From IMG/VR virus record IMGVR_UViG_3300017747_003026, positions 1 to 42,706 of that record: a DNA stretch of 42,706 nucleotides. One strand, 5' to 3'. Below the pieces are notes generated by a model, which did no database searches, was not told the DNA's origin, and saw only the letters and a program-made list of their open reading frames with translations. A program made the translations under genes and the position numbers. Source of the DNA: a virus. Its lineage: Duplodnaviria > Caudoviricetes. Numbering within the stretch: the first letter of the stretch is position 1; each line of letters opens with the position of its first letter. Shown here piece after piece: positions 1 through 8,354 of this stretch.

Positions 1-123
1 AAGTCTGCGAACGTCCGATACTCCGGGCCGGTCTTCAGGAAGACAACAACTTCATCGGAGATCGGCCGCCCGGGATCGGCCCGCTTCATCGACAAGAGTG
101 GTGAGCAGTACCGCTTCACCGTC
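1..123. repeat. Terminal direct repeat, left copy (identical to 42584..42706)
   Basis: aagtctgcga...cttcaccgtc occurs at both ends, and an ORF reads through the join. Confidence 0.97.
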
Positions 124-293
124 TCCTGCAGAAACAGGATGCGCGTCTCTCGGGTGGAACTGGCGTCCGGCACGAAGCCCGTCCGCGTCAGCTCCGCGCC
201 GTAGAAGTCCACGAATGCGCCAATGGTGTCTTGCGCGGTCTGTGCGGAGGCCGGTACCGCGAACAGCAGCACCAGCGCGAGTATCTTCATCAT
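1..293 (-). CDS. 5' part of an origin-spanning secreted protein (228 aa in total, continues in 42190..42706)
   Basis: Manual translation from ATG 293 gives MMKILALVLLFAVPASAQTAQD... (Sec signal peptide, ASA cleavage site), in frame with the 42190..42702 ORF. ATGA overlap with the stop of 290..499. Confidence 0.8.
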   Translation of the reverse strand, partial: MMKILALVLLFAVPASAQTAQDTIGAFVDFYGAELTRTGFVPDASSTRETRILFLQETVKRYCSPLLSMKRADPGRPISDEVVVFLKTGPEYRTFAD

Positions 294-499
294 GGGTCGG
301 CTCGTTTCACTTTGATCACGGCGGCTAACCGCACGTCACCCGTTTCGATATTCGCCCGCACCGTGATCCACGGGAACAGCGCATGGCCTGGTAAGGGCCG
401 CATCTCCGCACGCGCCACGCGTACGGCGATCTCATACAGCCGCTCCGTGTCGGACGGGGCCGTGATCAGCATGGCCCCCAGCGAGCGGAAGGGTTCCAT
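290..499 (-). CDS. Hypothetical protein (69 aa), lysis region
   Basis: Tightly packed with its neighbours, with a coupled stop/start. Confidence 0.6.
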   Translation of the reverse strand: MEPFRSLGAMLITAPSDTERLYEIAVRVARAEMRPLPGHALFPWITVRANIETGDVRLAAVIKVKRADP

Positions 500-502
500 G
501 GC

Positions 503-769
503 TCACGACCCCCAACCCATCTTGGCGAGGAGGGCCCCAATGATGATGACGCCTAAGCCATAGGCCCAGGTCAAGACGCTGATGTTTTTGTCGATGCTGC
601 CGAAGCGTTGATGGTCTTCGGCGTTGTGTTCGTCTTGCCGATCCCGAGTGCCGGCCAAGTCGGAACGGAGGCGGGCAATGTCGGTGCGGACGTCACGCCC
701 GAGGCCGTCCAGTTCGCGGAGAATCGCCGCGTGGTGTGCGTTGAGCAGTTCTCTCGTATCGTCGCCCAT
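503..769 (-). CDS. Coiled-coil protein with a C-terminal transmembrane helix (lysis-associated membrane protein)
   Basis: Heptad-like N-terminus and hydrophobic VLTWAYGLGVIIIGALLA; lies downstream of the endolysin; start chosen at MGDD. Confidence 0.65.
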   Translation of the reverse strand: MGDDTRELLNAHHAAILRELDGLGRDVRTDIARLRSDLAGTRDRQDEHNAEDHQRFGSIDKNISVLTWAYGLGVIIIGALLAKMGWGS

Positions 770-929
770 CGGGGCTGCCTCTATCGCCACGATGGCCCCC
801 AGCCGATAGATCCCAGCGGTGGGCACGGGCATCTGTCGTGTCCGTGGTCACTCGGGGTCGCGTTCGTCTTACCCACGGGCGCGGCCCCACTCCTGCTACT
901 GATATAGACAGCCAAATGTGTCATGGCTC

Positions 930-1349
930 TCACCGTGCGACTTGGACAGGCTTCGCGCCTGACCAGCGCACCAACCGATCTCCGGGGCGGATGTCGATAT
1001 GCACCCCCCACCCGTATTCCCCCACGCCGCGCAGCCGAGAATCCGGCCGCTTCGCCACCAGCAAGACCGTACGCAAGAGATCCGAGACGGTCATGCCCTT
1101 CGGGGGCCGCAAGTCCAGCGCCCGCCCTTGCACGTGCTGGCTGGCTTTCGCCGCCCCTGGAATCCTCGCGTTGTAGGCCGGCGTCCGGTAGCCACTCAGG
1201 ATCGGAATGGGTTTCCCCACCGCGGCCCGGATGCGCTCGAACTCATGCGCCAACGGGATCGCACGAGAGGCCCGCCAGTGTTCGGGGTACGGCGTCCCGT
1301 CTTTACAGGCCAATTCGGTCCACGACAGGTGCGAGCTGGGGCCGGTCAT
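930..1349 (-). CDS. Endolysin, peptidase M15A (YcbK-like Zn peptidase)
   Basis: SGYRTPAYN, SQHVQGRALD and GVHIDIR motifs. Confidence 0.88.
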   Translation of the reverse strand: MTGPSSHLSWTELACKDGTPYPEHWRASRAIPLAHEFERIRAAVGKPIPILSGYRTPAYNARIPGAAKASQHVQGRALDLRPPKGMTVSDLLRTVLLVAKRPDSRLRGVGEYGWGVHIDIRPGDRLVRWSGAKPVQVAR

Positions 1350-1367
1350 GGTGCTACACTGACTGAC

Positions 1368-1514
1368 TTGCGCGTGCTGCGTATCGTTCCCCGCCGCAAA
1401 CCCTCGATCGCCGCTAAGGCTGGCGCGGCGTACTTCAACTTCCTACTCGGCCTACTAGCCATCATCGCGGGCGTCCTCGTCTTGACGCTCGCTGTGTCCC
1501 TGGCTGGTCTGTAG
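1368..1514 (+). CDS. Small antisense membrane peptide (about 48 aa)
   Basis: Basic N-terminus followed by hydrophobic FLLGLLAIIAGVLVLTLAVSLAGL; fills the gap between the endolysin and the last ejection gene; start uncertain. Confidence 0.4.
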   Translation: MRVLRIVPRRKPSIAAKAGAAYFNFLLGLLAIIAGVLVLTLAVSLAGL

Positions 1515-3018
1515 CCTCGTTCTCGGCCGCTTTCGGCACCGGCCGCCCACTCTGCATCCGTCCCGCCGCGCGGCTCGACTGCGAAGCCGTGACCATGCCG
1601 TGGTGAATCAACCCCTGCACCCGCGTGCCGTCTCCCGCCATGAGCGCGTCCGCCAAGCGTTCCTTCTGCACGGCGGACCAGAGTTGATACCCCGGCGAGT
1701 CGATGAACCGGCGAAGGGACGAAAACACCTTCGCGCCAATCGCCGCCTGCAGGCCACCCTTCACGAGTCCGCCACCTGGCATGGCGAGTTCGGCGGCCAC
1801 GGCCCCGGCACCGCCGGCCACCGTCGAGACCAGATTGCCCTTCTGGCCGGTCTTGCGCTGGTTGCTCGCGTGGGTCACGTCTTCCAGTGTCTGCCAGAAG
1901 CTGTAGTCCTTGTTCACCTTGTCGAGATCGGGGACGGTCTTGGCGAGTTCATCGCGCAGCACCTGACGCCCCGCGCGCGCGGCGCCGGCTTTCACGCCAG
2001 CCTTCGGCGTGGTGAAGCCTTTGCCAGCATTGACGATCTCGTCCCAGTTCCGGCGCAGTTGCACCATGGACTCAACGGAGATGTCGTTGCCGTACTCCAT
2101 CAGCGTGTCTTGCAGCTTCTGAATCTGTCCGACGCGCTGCTTGTCGTTGATGACCGTGCCGCCCGTGGTGGTCTTGCCGGTATAGGTGGCCTTGGCCTTC
2201 TCGAGCTCGTCCACCAGCCCCATGACGTCGACGGTGTCGGCCTTGTGCGGCGTCAGGGCTTGGTCGACCTTCGCGCCAGCCGCGGTGGACTTGTCCGCCG
2301 CGAGGTCTTCCAACTTCTGGAGATCTCCAGCCTTGACCCGGCGCTTCAGCATCTCTGGCGCGATGCGTCTGGTCTGCACCTTCGCGGCGTCACGCGCGGG
2401 ATTGATGGCTTTCTCTACACCAGCCAAGGCCGACGTGTGCAACTTGTTCGCGGCCATCTCGCGCAACGGCGCGGTGAGACGGCCGGACGCAGCTACGGCG
2501 CTCGGCGCCAGGATGCCTGTCGCGGCACCGAGTCCGCCGGCAATGTCACCGGAGGCGATCTGTTCGCCAGCATTGGCCGCGGCTGGGCCAATCAGCGGCA
2601 ACGCGGTCGCCAGCCCATGCCCGAGCGTTTCGGATGTTGCGCCGAGTTTCCCGCTCAGTGTCGGCTCACTCAACACGCGCTTGGCTGCTTCACCCGTCTT
2701 GCCGGCCTGCCCCGCGTGCGCGTCCCATAAGGCACGGAGCACCAGCCCAATCGAATCCATGGGGTGCTGTGCGGCGTAGAGTGGGCCTTCAACGTAATCG
2801 CTCGGCACGGTGGACGGCAGGATGTTCTTGATGAGATTGGATCCGAAGCGCGAGGCTGCGCCTTCCACCACGACGTTCTTGCCTTCTTCGTCCACGGCGT
2901 TGTCCGCGCGGAAGTTGGGCTCGTCCCCCTCCATCGGATCGACAGAGAGGTACCCACCGGCCTGTTCGACCGGCTCTCCTTCGTTCGGATCGACGGAGAG
3001 ATACTGCGTGGCCTGCAT
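1462..3018 (-). CDS. Internal virion/DNA ejection protein
   Basis: Ala/Gly-rich helical protein with hydrophobic segments; duplicated YLSVDP motif near the N-terminus; last of four genes after the tail module. Confidence 0.7.
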   Translation of the reverse strand: MQATQYLSVDPNEGEPVEQAGGYLSVDPMEGDEPNFRADNAVDEEGKNVVVEGAASRFGSNLIKNILPSTVPSDYVEGPLYAAQHPMDSIGLVLRALWDAHAGQAGKTGEAAKRVLSEPTLSGKLGATSETLGHGLATALPLIGPAAANAGEQIASGDIAGGLGAATGILAPSAVAASGRLTAPLREMAANKLHTSALAGVEKAINPARDAAKVQTRRIAPEMLKRRVKAGDLQKLEDLAADKSTAAGAKVDQALTPHKADTVDVMGLVDELEKAKATYTGKTTTGGTVINDKQRVGQIQKLQDTLMEYGNDISVESMVQLRRNWDEIVNAGKGFTTPKAGVKAGAARAGRQVLRDELAKTVPDLDKVNKDYSFWQTLEDVTHASNQRKTGQKGNLVSTVAGGAGAVAAELAMPGGGLVKGGLQAAIGAKVFSSLRRFIDSPGYQLWSAVQKERLADALMAGDGTRVQGLIHHGMVTASQSSRAAGRMQSGRPVPKAAENEATDQPGTQRASRRGRPR

Positions 3019-4340
3019 TACTGAACCGGCTTCCAGCCCTTGCCGTCCCACTCGGCCAGTTGGCCCTTGATGGTCCGACGATCACCAGGCGCGGCCGGCG
3101 CTTTCGCCCCGGTCGGCATGGCACCACCGCCACCAACCAACAGCGGATCTTCCTCGTCCAACACCATCGATTCCGGGATGCCCCACTGCTTCGCGCGGCT
3201 CCCATAGGTGCGCCGGACTTGCGCCTGGTTGTTCTTGGCGTTTTCGAGCAAGCCCTTCGCCTGTCCGACGAACTGCGTCCGCTGCTCCGGGGTCAGGCGG
3301 GTGCCTTCCATCGCCTTGTTGTAGATGTTGCGAATGCGATCCGGAACACCAGCGGCGTTCTGTGCGTTGGCGAATTCCTGCTCCCGGACAACGGAGTTGG
3401 GGTCGAGCATCTTCATGTAGGCGAAGATCATCGACAGGTCACCCGCAGCATCGGGCTTCTGTGCGGCCGTTTGCACCCGCTGGTAGGCGTCACGAATCAA
3501 CAACCAGGGCTTGCTGTCGCGCGCGTAGTCGTCTTGGAACTTCAACGCTGCCGTCTTGTCTGGGCCTCCGGTGTTGACCGTTACCCGTGGGGCGCGATCG
3601 TCCGACTGCATGTAGGCCTTGCGGTCCTTCTCGATCTGCGCCTTCCGCTCAGGCGTCGTCGCGGGATCGGAGTATTCCTCCATCGAGCCAGCGGCCGGAG
3701 GCGTCCGCGTCTTGCCCTGTGGTTTCCCCACCGGCAACTGGGCGAACGTCTGCAACTCGCTCAACTTGGCCGAGGGCTTCCCGACGATCTTGGCGATGTG
3801 CTCCGGCAACTGCGCGAGCTCGGGATCGTGATCCGGGTTGTCCGCCACGAACGAGGTCTTGAGCGCGGCGTCCACGTAGGCTTCGACCGCCTTCTTCTGA
3901 CGGCCGGTGATCGTGCGCGTAGCCATCTCGACGGCCGGCTGGCCAAACGCCAGAGCGTTCGGGCCGAAGCCTTCCAAGATGCGCGGCATGACCGATTCGA
4001 TCAGGGCCTTCGCGTCGTCCGATGTTTCTCCCGTCGCGCCGAGCTCGGCCAACTGGCCAGGCACCGCCAATCCGGCTAAGGCGTCCTGCTGGCCCTGTAC
4101 GGTTTGCTGGCGCGCGCGGGCCTGTGCGGCAATCTGGTCCTGTGAGTCCTGCCGGGAACGTGCGTAGGTGCGATCCTCTTCCGCGATCGTCATCGCCTGA
4201 TCGCGCCGCCGCTGCTCGTTCTGCTGCGCCAGCGTTTCCTGGTAGCCCCGTGTGAACTCCTCGAGCGCGACGGGGTTACCCTTGATCTGGGCGACCAAGG
4301 CCGGCGCGAACGTGGCGAGCTTCTGGATCAGGTCGTTCAT
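3018..4340 (-). CDS. Internal virion/DNA ejection protein
   Basis: Gln/Ala-rich; the DLSMIFAYMKMLDPNSVVREQE motif is typical of podophage ejection proteins; position. Confidence 0.72.
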   Translation of the reverse strand: MNDLIQKLATFAPALVAQIKGNPVALEEFTRGYQETLAQQNEQRRRDQAMTIAEEDRTYARSRQDSQDQIAAQARARQQTVQGQQDALAGLAVPGQLAELGATGETSDDAKALIESVMPRILEGFGPNALAFGQPAVEMATRTITGRQKKAVEAYVDAALKTSFVADNPDHDPELAQLPEHIAKIVGKPSAKLSELQTFAQLPVGKPQGKTRTPPAAGSMEEYSDPATTPERKAQIEKDRKAYMQSDDRAPRVTVNTGGPDKTAALKFQDDYARDSKPWLLIRDAYQRVQTAAQKPDAAGDLSMIFAYMKMLDPNSVVREQEFANAQNAAGVPDRIRNIYNKAMEGTRLTPEQRTQFVGQAKGLLENAKNNQAQVRRTYGSRAKQWGIPESMVLDEEDPLLVGGGGAMPTGAKAPAAPGDRRTIKGQLAEWDGKGWKPVQ

Positions 4341-5836
4341 CGGCTCCCCGCCAGAATGGCCATGATGGAGCCCAGGCCACTCCACATGCTCCCCGAGTTC
4401 GCGCGGTTCAGCGCCGACGCGCTCTGGTTCATGCTCGCAATACCCTGCAGGCCGCTCATCAGCGAGGACGGGTTGCCGCCCATGCCGGCCGCCGCCATGG
4501 CCATTTCCAAGCGCTGCGCGCTCAGATCATTGAGGCCCCCGGCATACCCAATCGCCTCACGGCTGCGGGCTTCTTCTTCGTCACGCATGGTCTGGGACAG
4601 TATCTCCAGCGCCTGGAAGACATCCAACTGCTCACGCGATCGCGCGTCGTTGATGTCCACCATCTGGCCACCAATCGTGGCGGCGCGCTGTTGGCGATCT
4701 TCCCGCCGGTTCAGGTCGTTCGTGGTCAGGGTCGTCTGGGCCGTGCCGCGCATGCCGTCGAACGCCTTGTCCACTTCCAATAGGGCCTGCTGAGCAATAC
4801 CGCTGTCCGGGGTCAGGCCACGGGCTGACAGCCGTTCCAAGACGCGCTGCTTCGCCGCTGTCCGGTCCGTCTCGATCGGGTCCAACGCGCCGGTGCGGAT
4901 GACTTCGTTCTCGGCCCCGGTGTAGCCTGGTCCCTGCAGTTCGGTGAACCGCGACTGCAAGTAGTCCATCAACTGCGTGAGCTGGGTGTTCCCCATTGCC
5001 AGCGAATCTGCGCGCGACTTCAGCGCCTGCTCGTAGGCGGCGCGGTTGGGGTCGTTCACCGGCTGCTGTAAGGTGCCGATCCGCGACTTGATCAGCATCT
5101 CCATCAACTGCGTGTAGGCGTCGGAATACTGATTGGTGGGGAGGGGCCCACCACCGACACCGCCCGGGCCTGACCCACCCGCAGGAATCCACTGCCAGCG
5201 CTTGCCGCCGTCCATCGTGGCGGATTCGATCACGTCCCACGCCTTACCGTCCGGGGTGATGATCGTGTCGATCATGCCCTGTGCGTTGCGGCCCCCGAGC
5301 TTGAGGCCGAACTTCGACAGGTACGGGGCGAGGCTTTCCAGAGCCTTGCCGGACGGCGCCAAGCTGCCGACGTTCTGCAGGAACCAGTTTTGGAAGTTCC
5401 CTTTCGGGTCCACATCCCACGGGCTGTTGCTGGTGTTGGTCGTGCGCTCGTAGCCCTTCCCTGTCGCTGACCATCCCGGCTTCAATTGCCCGGTGTTCAG
5501 GTCGAACATGTCCGTGACGGGGACGCCCTGTGAACTCCACCAATCGGTGTTCTGGTACGGCGTCTCCGCTGTCTGCGGGCCACTCTCGTTCGGGTTCTGC
5601 CCCCCAACCACCGTGCCAGCCGGGGGCGGATTCCCGCTGTCAGGCTTGTACGTGCCGCGCTGCCGCGCCTCATCCGACTGCGCGATCTGGTTTGCCCACT
5701 GATCCACGCCGCCGCCGCCATAGCTGCCGCTCAGCCAACCCGTGACCTCATCGTCACTGGCGTCACGCTGCAACGAGGTCTTGTACTGATTGCGGATGCG
5801 CTGGGCATCCCCGCCCATCAGATCAACCGTGGCCAT
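4337..5836 (-). CDS. Internal virion/DNA ejection protein
   Basis: Gly/Gln-rich, C-terminal SGLGSIMAIL segment, position after the tail genes. Confidence 0.68.
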   Translation of the reverse strand: MATVDLMGGDAQRIRNQYKTSLQRDASDDEVTGWLSGSYGGGGVDQWANQIAQSDEARQRGTYKPDSGNPPPAGTVVGGQNPNESGPQTAETPYQNTDWWSSQGVPVTDMFDLNTGQLKPGWSATGKGYERTTNTSNSPWDVDPKGNFQNWFLQNVGSLAPSGKALESLAPYLSKFGLKLGGRNAQGMIDTIITPDGKAWDVIESATMDGGKRWQWIPAGGSGPGGVGGGPLPTNQYSDAYTQLMEMLIKSRIGTLQQPVNDPNRAAYEQALKSRADSLAMGNTQLTQLMDYLQSRFTELQGPGYTGAENEVIRTGALDPIETDRTAAKQRVLERLSARGLTPDSGIAQQALLEVDKAFDGMRGTAQTTLTTNDLNRREDRQQRAATIGGQMVDINDARSREQLDVFQALEILSQTMRDEEEARSREAIGYAGGLNDLSAQRLEMAMAAAGMGGNPSSLMSGLQGIASMNQSASALNRANSGSMWSGLGSIMAILAGSR

Positions 5837-6453
5837 TAGCCGCGCCCTCCGTTCTGGTACTGCGTCGGCAACAAGCCGTTGGCCATCTTCTGCACCGAAT
5901 CGAACATCGGTTCAGACTTCTTCAAGCGGCCCTGCATCAACGCCACTAGTTCCGCCATCGCGGGATCCGTCGTCGCAGACGTGGGCGCCGTGGCCGGCGG
6001 ATTGGACTTCACCGCCCCGACCGTGGCCGTGAGCGCGGCGATCAGGCCCATCAGATCCTTGGAGTCCAAGCCCCCGATCAAGCCGCCCGCCTTCGGCGCC
6101 AAGTCCTTCGTCTTGTCGAGAATCGTGTTGGCGGCGCTCCCCGCCGTGACCGCACCAGTCCCAGCACCGACCGCCGGAGGCATCGTCCACGCCCCGGTAT
6201 TGGCCGCGCCGAAGCCGAACTCCGGCGCCGCACTCGCCGCCGTTGTCCCGCCACCAAGCGCCATCCCCGCCGCGCCCAGGGCCGTCGTGCCCCCGAGCAC
6301 ACCGAGGATGCCGAGCAGCGCGTCCTTCTTCCGCTTGGACTGATACTCCGCCCACTGCGCGGGCGTGATCTGGCCGTTCGCCACACTGGGGGCGTACGGG
6401 TCGACGGTGCCGAACGTGTCGTCGCGGCCGGAGCCGTCACCAAAGTCAGGCAT
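5836..6453 (-). CDS. Small ejection/pilot protein (P22 gp7-like position)
   Basis: Gly/Ala-rich with two hydrophobic stretches; first gene of the ejection block. Confidence 0.6.
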   Translation of the reverse strand: MPDFGDGSGRDDTFGTVDPYAPSVANGQITPAQWAEYQSKRKKDALLGILGVLGGTTALGAAGMALGGGTTAASAAPEFGFGAANTGAWTMPPAVGAGTGAVTAGSAANTILDKTKDLAPKAGGLIGGLDSKDLMGLIAALTATVGAVKSNPPATAPTSATTDPAMAELVALMQGRLKKSEPMFDSVQKMANGLLPTQYQNGGRG

Positions 6454-6462
6454 ACAAAGTTC

Positions 6463-7260
6463 CTACAGTCCTGCCGGGGGTGACCCGGCGACGATGTACT
6501 GGACACCAAGCTTGGCGTCCATGATTTGCGCGTCCAGCCACGACAGGCGAGACGCCAGATTCGGATCCTCCCGCTGCCACCAGCGGCGCTTCGGCGCAGA
6601 TCGCTTCGTGTTGATCCGCTCCGTCTCCAACTGCTGCACCCGGCGCTGCGCCTGCACCTTCGGCACATCAGGATCCGGCTCGTAGCCGTACTGGTGCTTC
6701 TCAGCCAAGAGCGGGCAGCCCTTCGGCAGATGCAGCACCACGCCCATCCCCGCCGCGATCCCCATCAGGAACGTCAGGTTGGGCTTCTGCTTCAGGTACT
6801 CCCACTCGGTGGCCAAGTGAATGCCGTAGATGTAGATCTCCGTGGCCCCTTCCAGAATCGCCAACGCCACCATCCAGGCCGGCGAGGACGCAAAGTTCGG
6901 CCCGAAGCGTTTCACGATCTCCTCGCGCGGGAACGTGCGGGCACTGGGCGACCCGAGCGCCGCCGCATTCTGCACGTAGACCGGGATCTGCTGCTTCCGC
7001 AACCACTCCAGATGGCCCTTCGGGCGCAGGAAGCATCCAGCCGGCACATCGTGCGCTGCGATCTTCTGGCCCGCGCCACGGAAGAACATCTTGTCGAGCG
7101 GGTGCAGATCGAACCACCGATCCGACCGAGGCGGATTGAGCAGGTGCATATCGTTCAGCATCCAAAACTCAATAGACGGATCATCGAACGGCGCATCGCG
7201 CCAGGTCGGTGCCGTACCGCAGATACAGATTCGTTTCGCTGGCTTCTGTTCGCTCATCAT
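6463..7260 (-). CDS. Putative Maf/GT29/GT42-fold (sialyltransferase-like) glycosyltransferase
   Basis: N-terminal ICICGTAPT (compare xAIxGxGPS), WMLN, and SSPAWMVALAILEGATEIYIYGIH (compare SxxxAxxxAxxxGxxEIxLxGxD). Confidence 0.6.
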   Translation of the reverse strand: MMSEQKPAKRICICGTAPTWRDAPFDDPSIEFWMLNDMHLLNPPRSDRWFDLHPLDKMFFRGAGQKIAAHDVPAGCFLRPKGHLEWLRKQQIPVYVQNAAALGSPSARTFPREEIVKRFGPNFASSPAWMVALAILEGATEIYIYGIHLATEWEYLKQKPNLTFLMGIAAGMGVVLHLPKGCPLLAEKHQYGYEPDPDVPKVQAQRRVQQLETERINTKRSAPKRRWWQREDPNLASRLSWLDAQIMDAKLGVQYIVAGSPPAGL

Positions 7261-7619
7261 TCAACCAACACGGCAAAGGCCGCCGATGTGCTCGAACTCG
7301 TGAAATACATCCGGTTCACATCCGCCGCCCGGCTCACGCGCAAGGGGACGATCTGCGATCCGACTTGATCCAACGGCAGCACCGGCAACACCACCATCGG
7401 GATCCGTCCCATGCCGTGGGCAATCGAGAACTCGGTTCCGGCCACGCTCGCCGTGGTGCCCGAGAACCAATACCACTGGAAGTTCAGCGCCCGCCGCCCC
7501 TCGTTGAAGGGGCCGAGCTTGAGGTTGTCCAACACGTAGCGAAACGCCGCCACGGCCGCCTTCTTGACGTCCTCGGCCACGCCGCCGAACAAGGATTGGA
7601 CGTAGGAGCTATCTGCCAT
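7257..7619 (-). CDS. Tail-associated structural protein
   Basis: Beta-rich C-terminus (FSIAHGMGRIP); position in the tail module. Confidence 0.6.
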   Translation of the reverse strand: MADSSYVQSLFGGVAEDVKKAAVAAFRYVLDNLKLGPFNEGRRALNFQWYWFSGTTASVAGTEFSIAHGMGRIPMVVLPVLPLDQVGSQIVPLRVSRAADVNRMYFTSSSTSAAFAVLVE

Positions 7620-7622
7620 GCG

Positions 7623-8351
7623 TTACACCAGATACGTGCAAGAGAAATCCACCGCCGCGCCATTGCCGAACACCGCCGAGGTGCCGTTCCCCGTGCTGGC
7701 CGCGTTCTTCGCCAGAATGGAGATGGTGGAGGCATTGAGTGCGCCCTTCACTTCCACCGAGGATGTGGCAATCGAAGAATACACACCCACCACGACAGGG
7801 GCCGTCCCCGCTCCCCCCTCCGCGAACGGCACGCCGGTAATGTCCGTGGTTGATCCCGTCCCGATGCTGTTCACCACAATCGAGCCGACCAACGTCACCT
7901 TGTTGCCGACCTTCGTGTAGCGACCTTCACGGCTGGTGTAGGTGGCCGATCCGCCCAATGAGGGCGTCCAGGTGCCCTCCTCGTAGTCGTCGAGCGTGTT
8001 GGCATCGGCCGACGCATTCTGCGTGGCGGGGAACTTCACCTGCCCCGCACTGGCCCCCGAGAGATCTACCAAGCCCGCAATCGTTGCGGCCGGCGCCGTG
8101 AAGGTCGTCCCGTCGAACGCCAAGCCCGCCGCCGACGTGAACGCGCTCCCCGTGCTGTAGGGGATGCGGTTCGCCGTCAGTGACGTGAGGCCCGTGCCGC
8201 CGCGCCCAAGCGGTAGCCCCGCGATCAGGTCGGTCTCCACCGCCGTGACTTCGGCCTGCAGGTCGTTGATGTGCGCGGCCAGGATTGTGTTGCCGGTGCC
8301 GTCCACTTTCGTGGTGAAAGCCTTCGCACTGGTTGGGTAACTCGCTGGCAT
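7623..8351 (-). CDS. Tail fiber/spike protein
   Basis: AAHINDLQAEV anchor; ADANTLDDYEEGTWTP and GRYTKVGNKV fiber motifs. Confidence 0.8.
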   Translation of the reverse strand: MPASYPTSAKAFTTKVDGTGNTILAAHINDLQAEVTAVETDLIAGLPLGRGGTGLTSLTANRIPYSTGSAFTSAAGLAFDGTTFTAPAATIAGLVDLSGASAGQVKFPATQNASADANTLDDYEEGTWTPSLGGSATYTSREGRYTKVGNKVTLVGSIVVNSIGTGSTTDITGVPFAEGGAGTAPVVVGVYSSIATSSVEVKGALNASTISILAKNAASTGNGTSAVFGNGAAVDFSCTYLV

Positions 8352-8354
8352 GAT

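Noticed and set aside
1-123. Terminal repeat as a biological packaging DTR
   Set aside because: It lies in the middle of a gene and is about the size of an assembly k-mer overlap, so it is best read as a circular-assembly artefact
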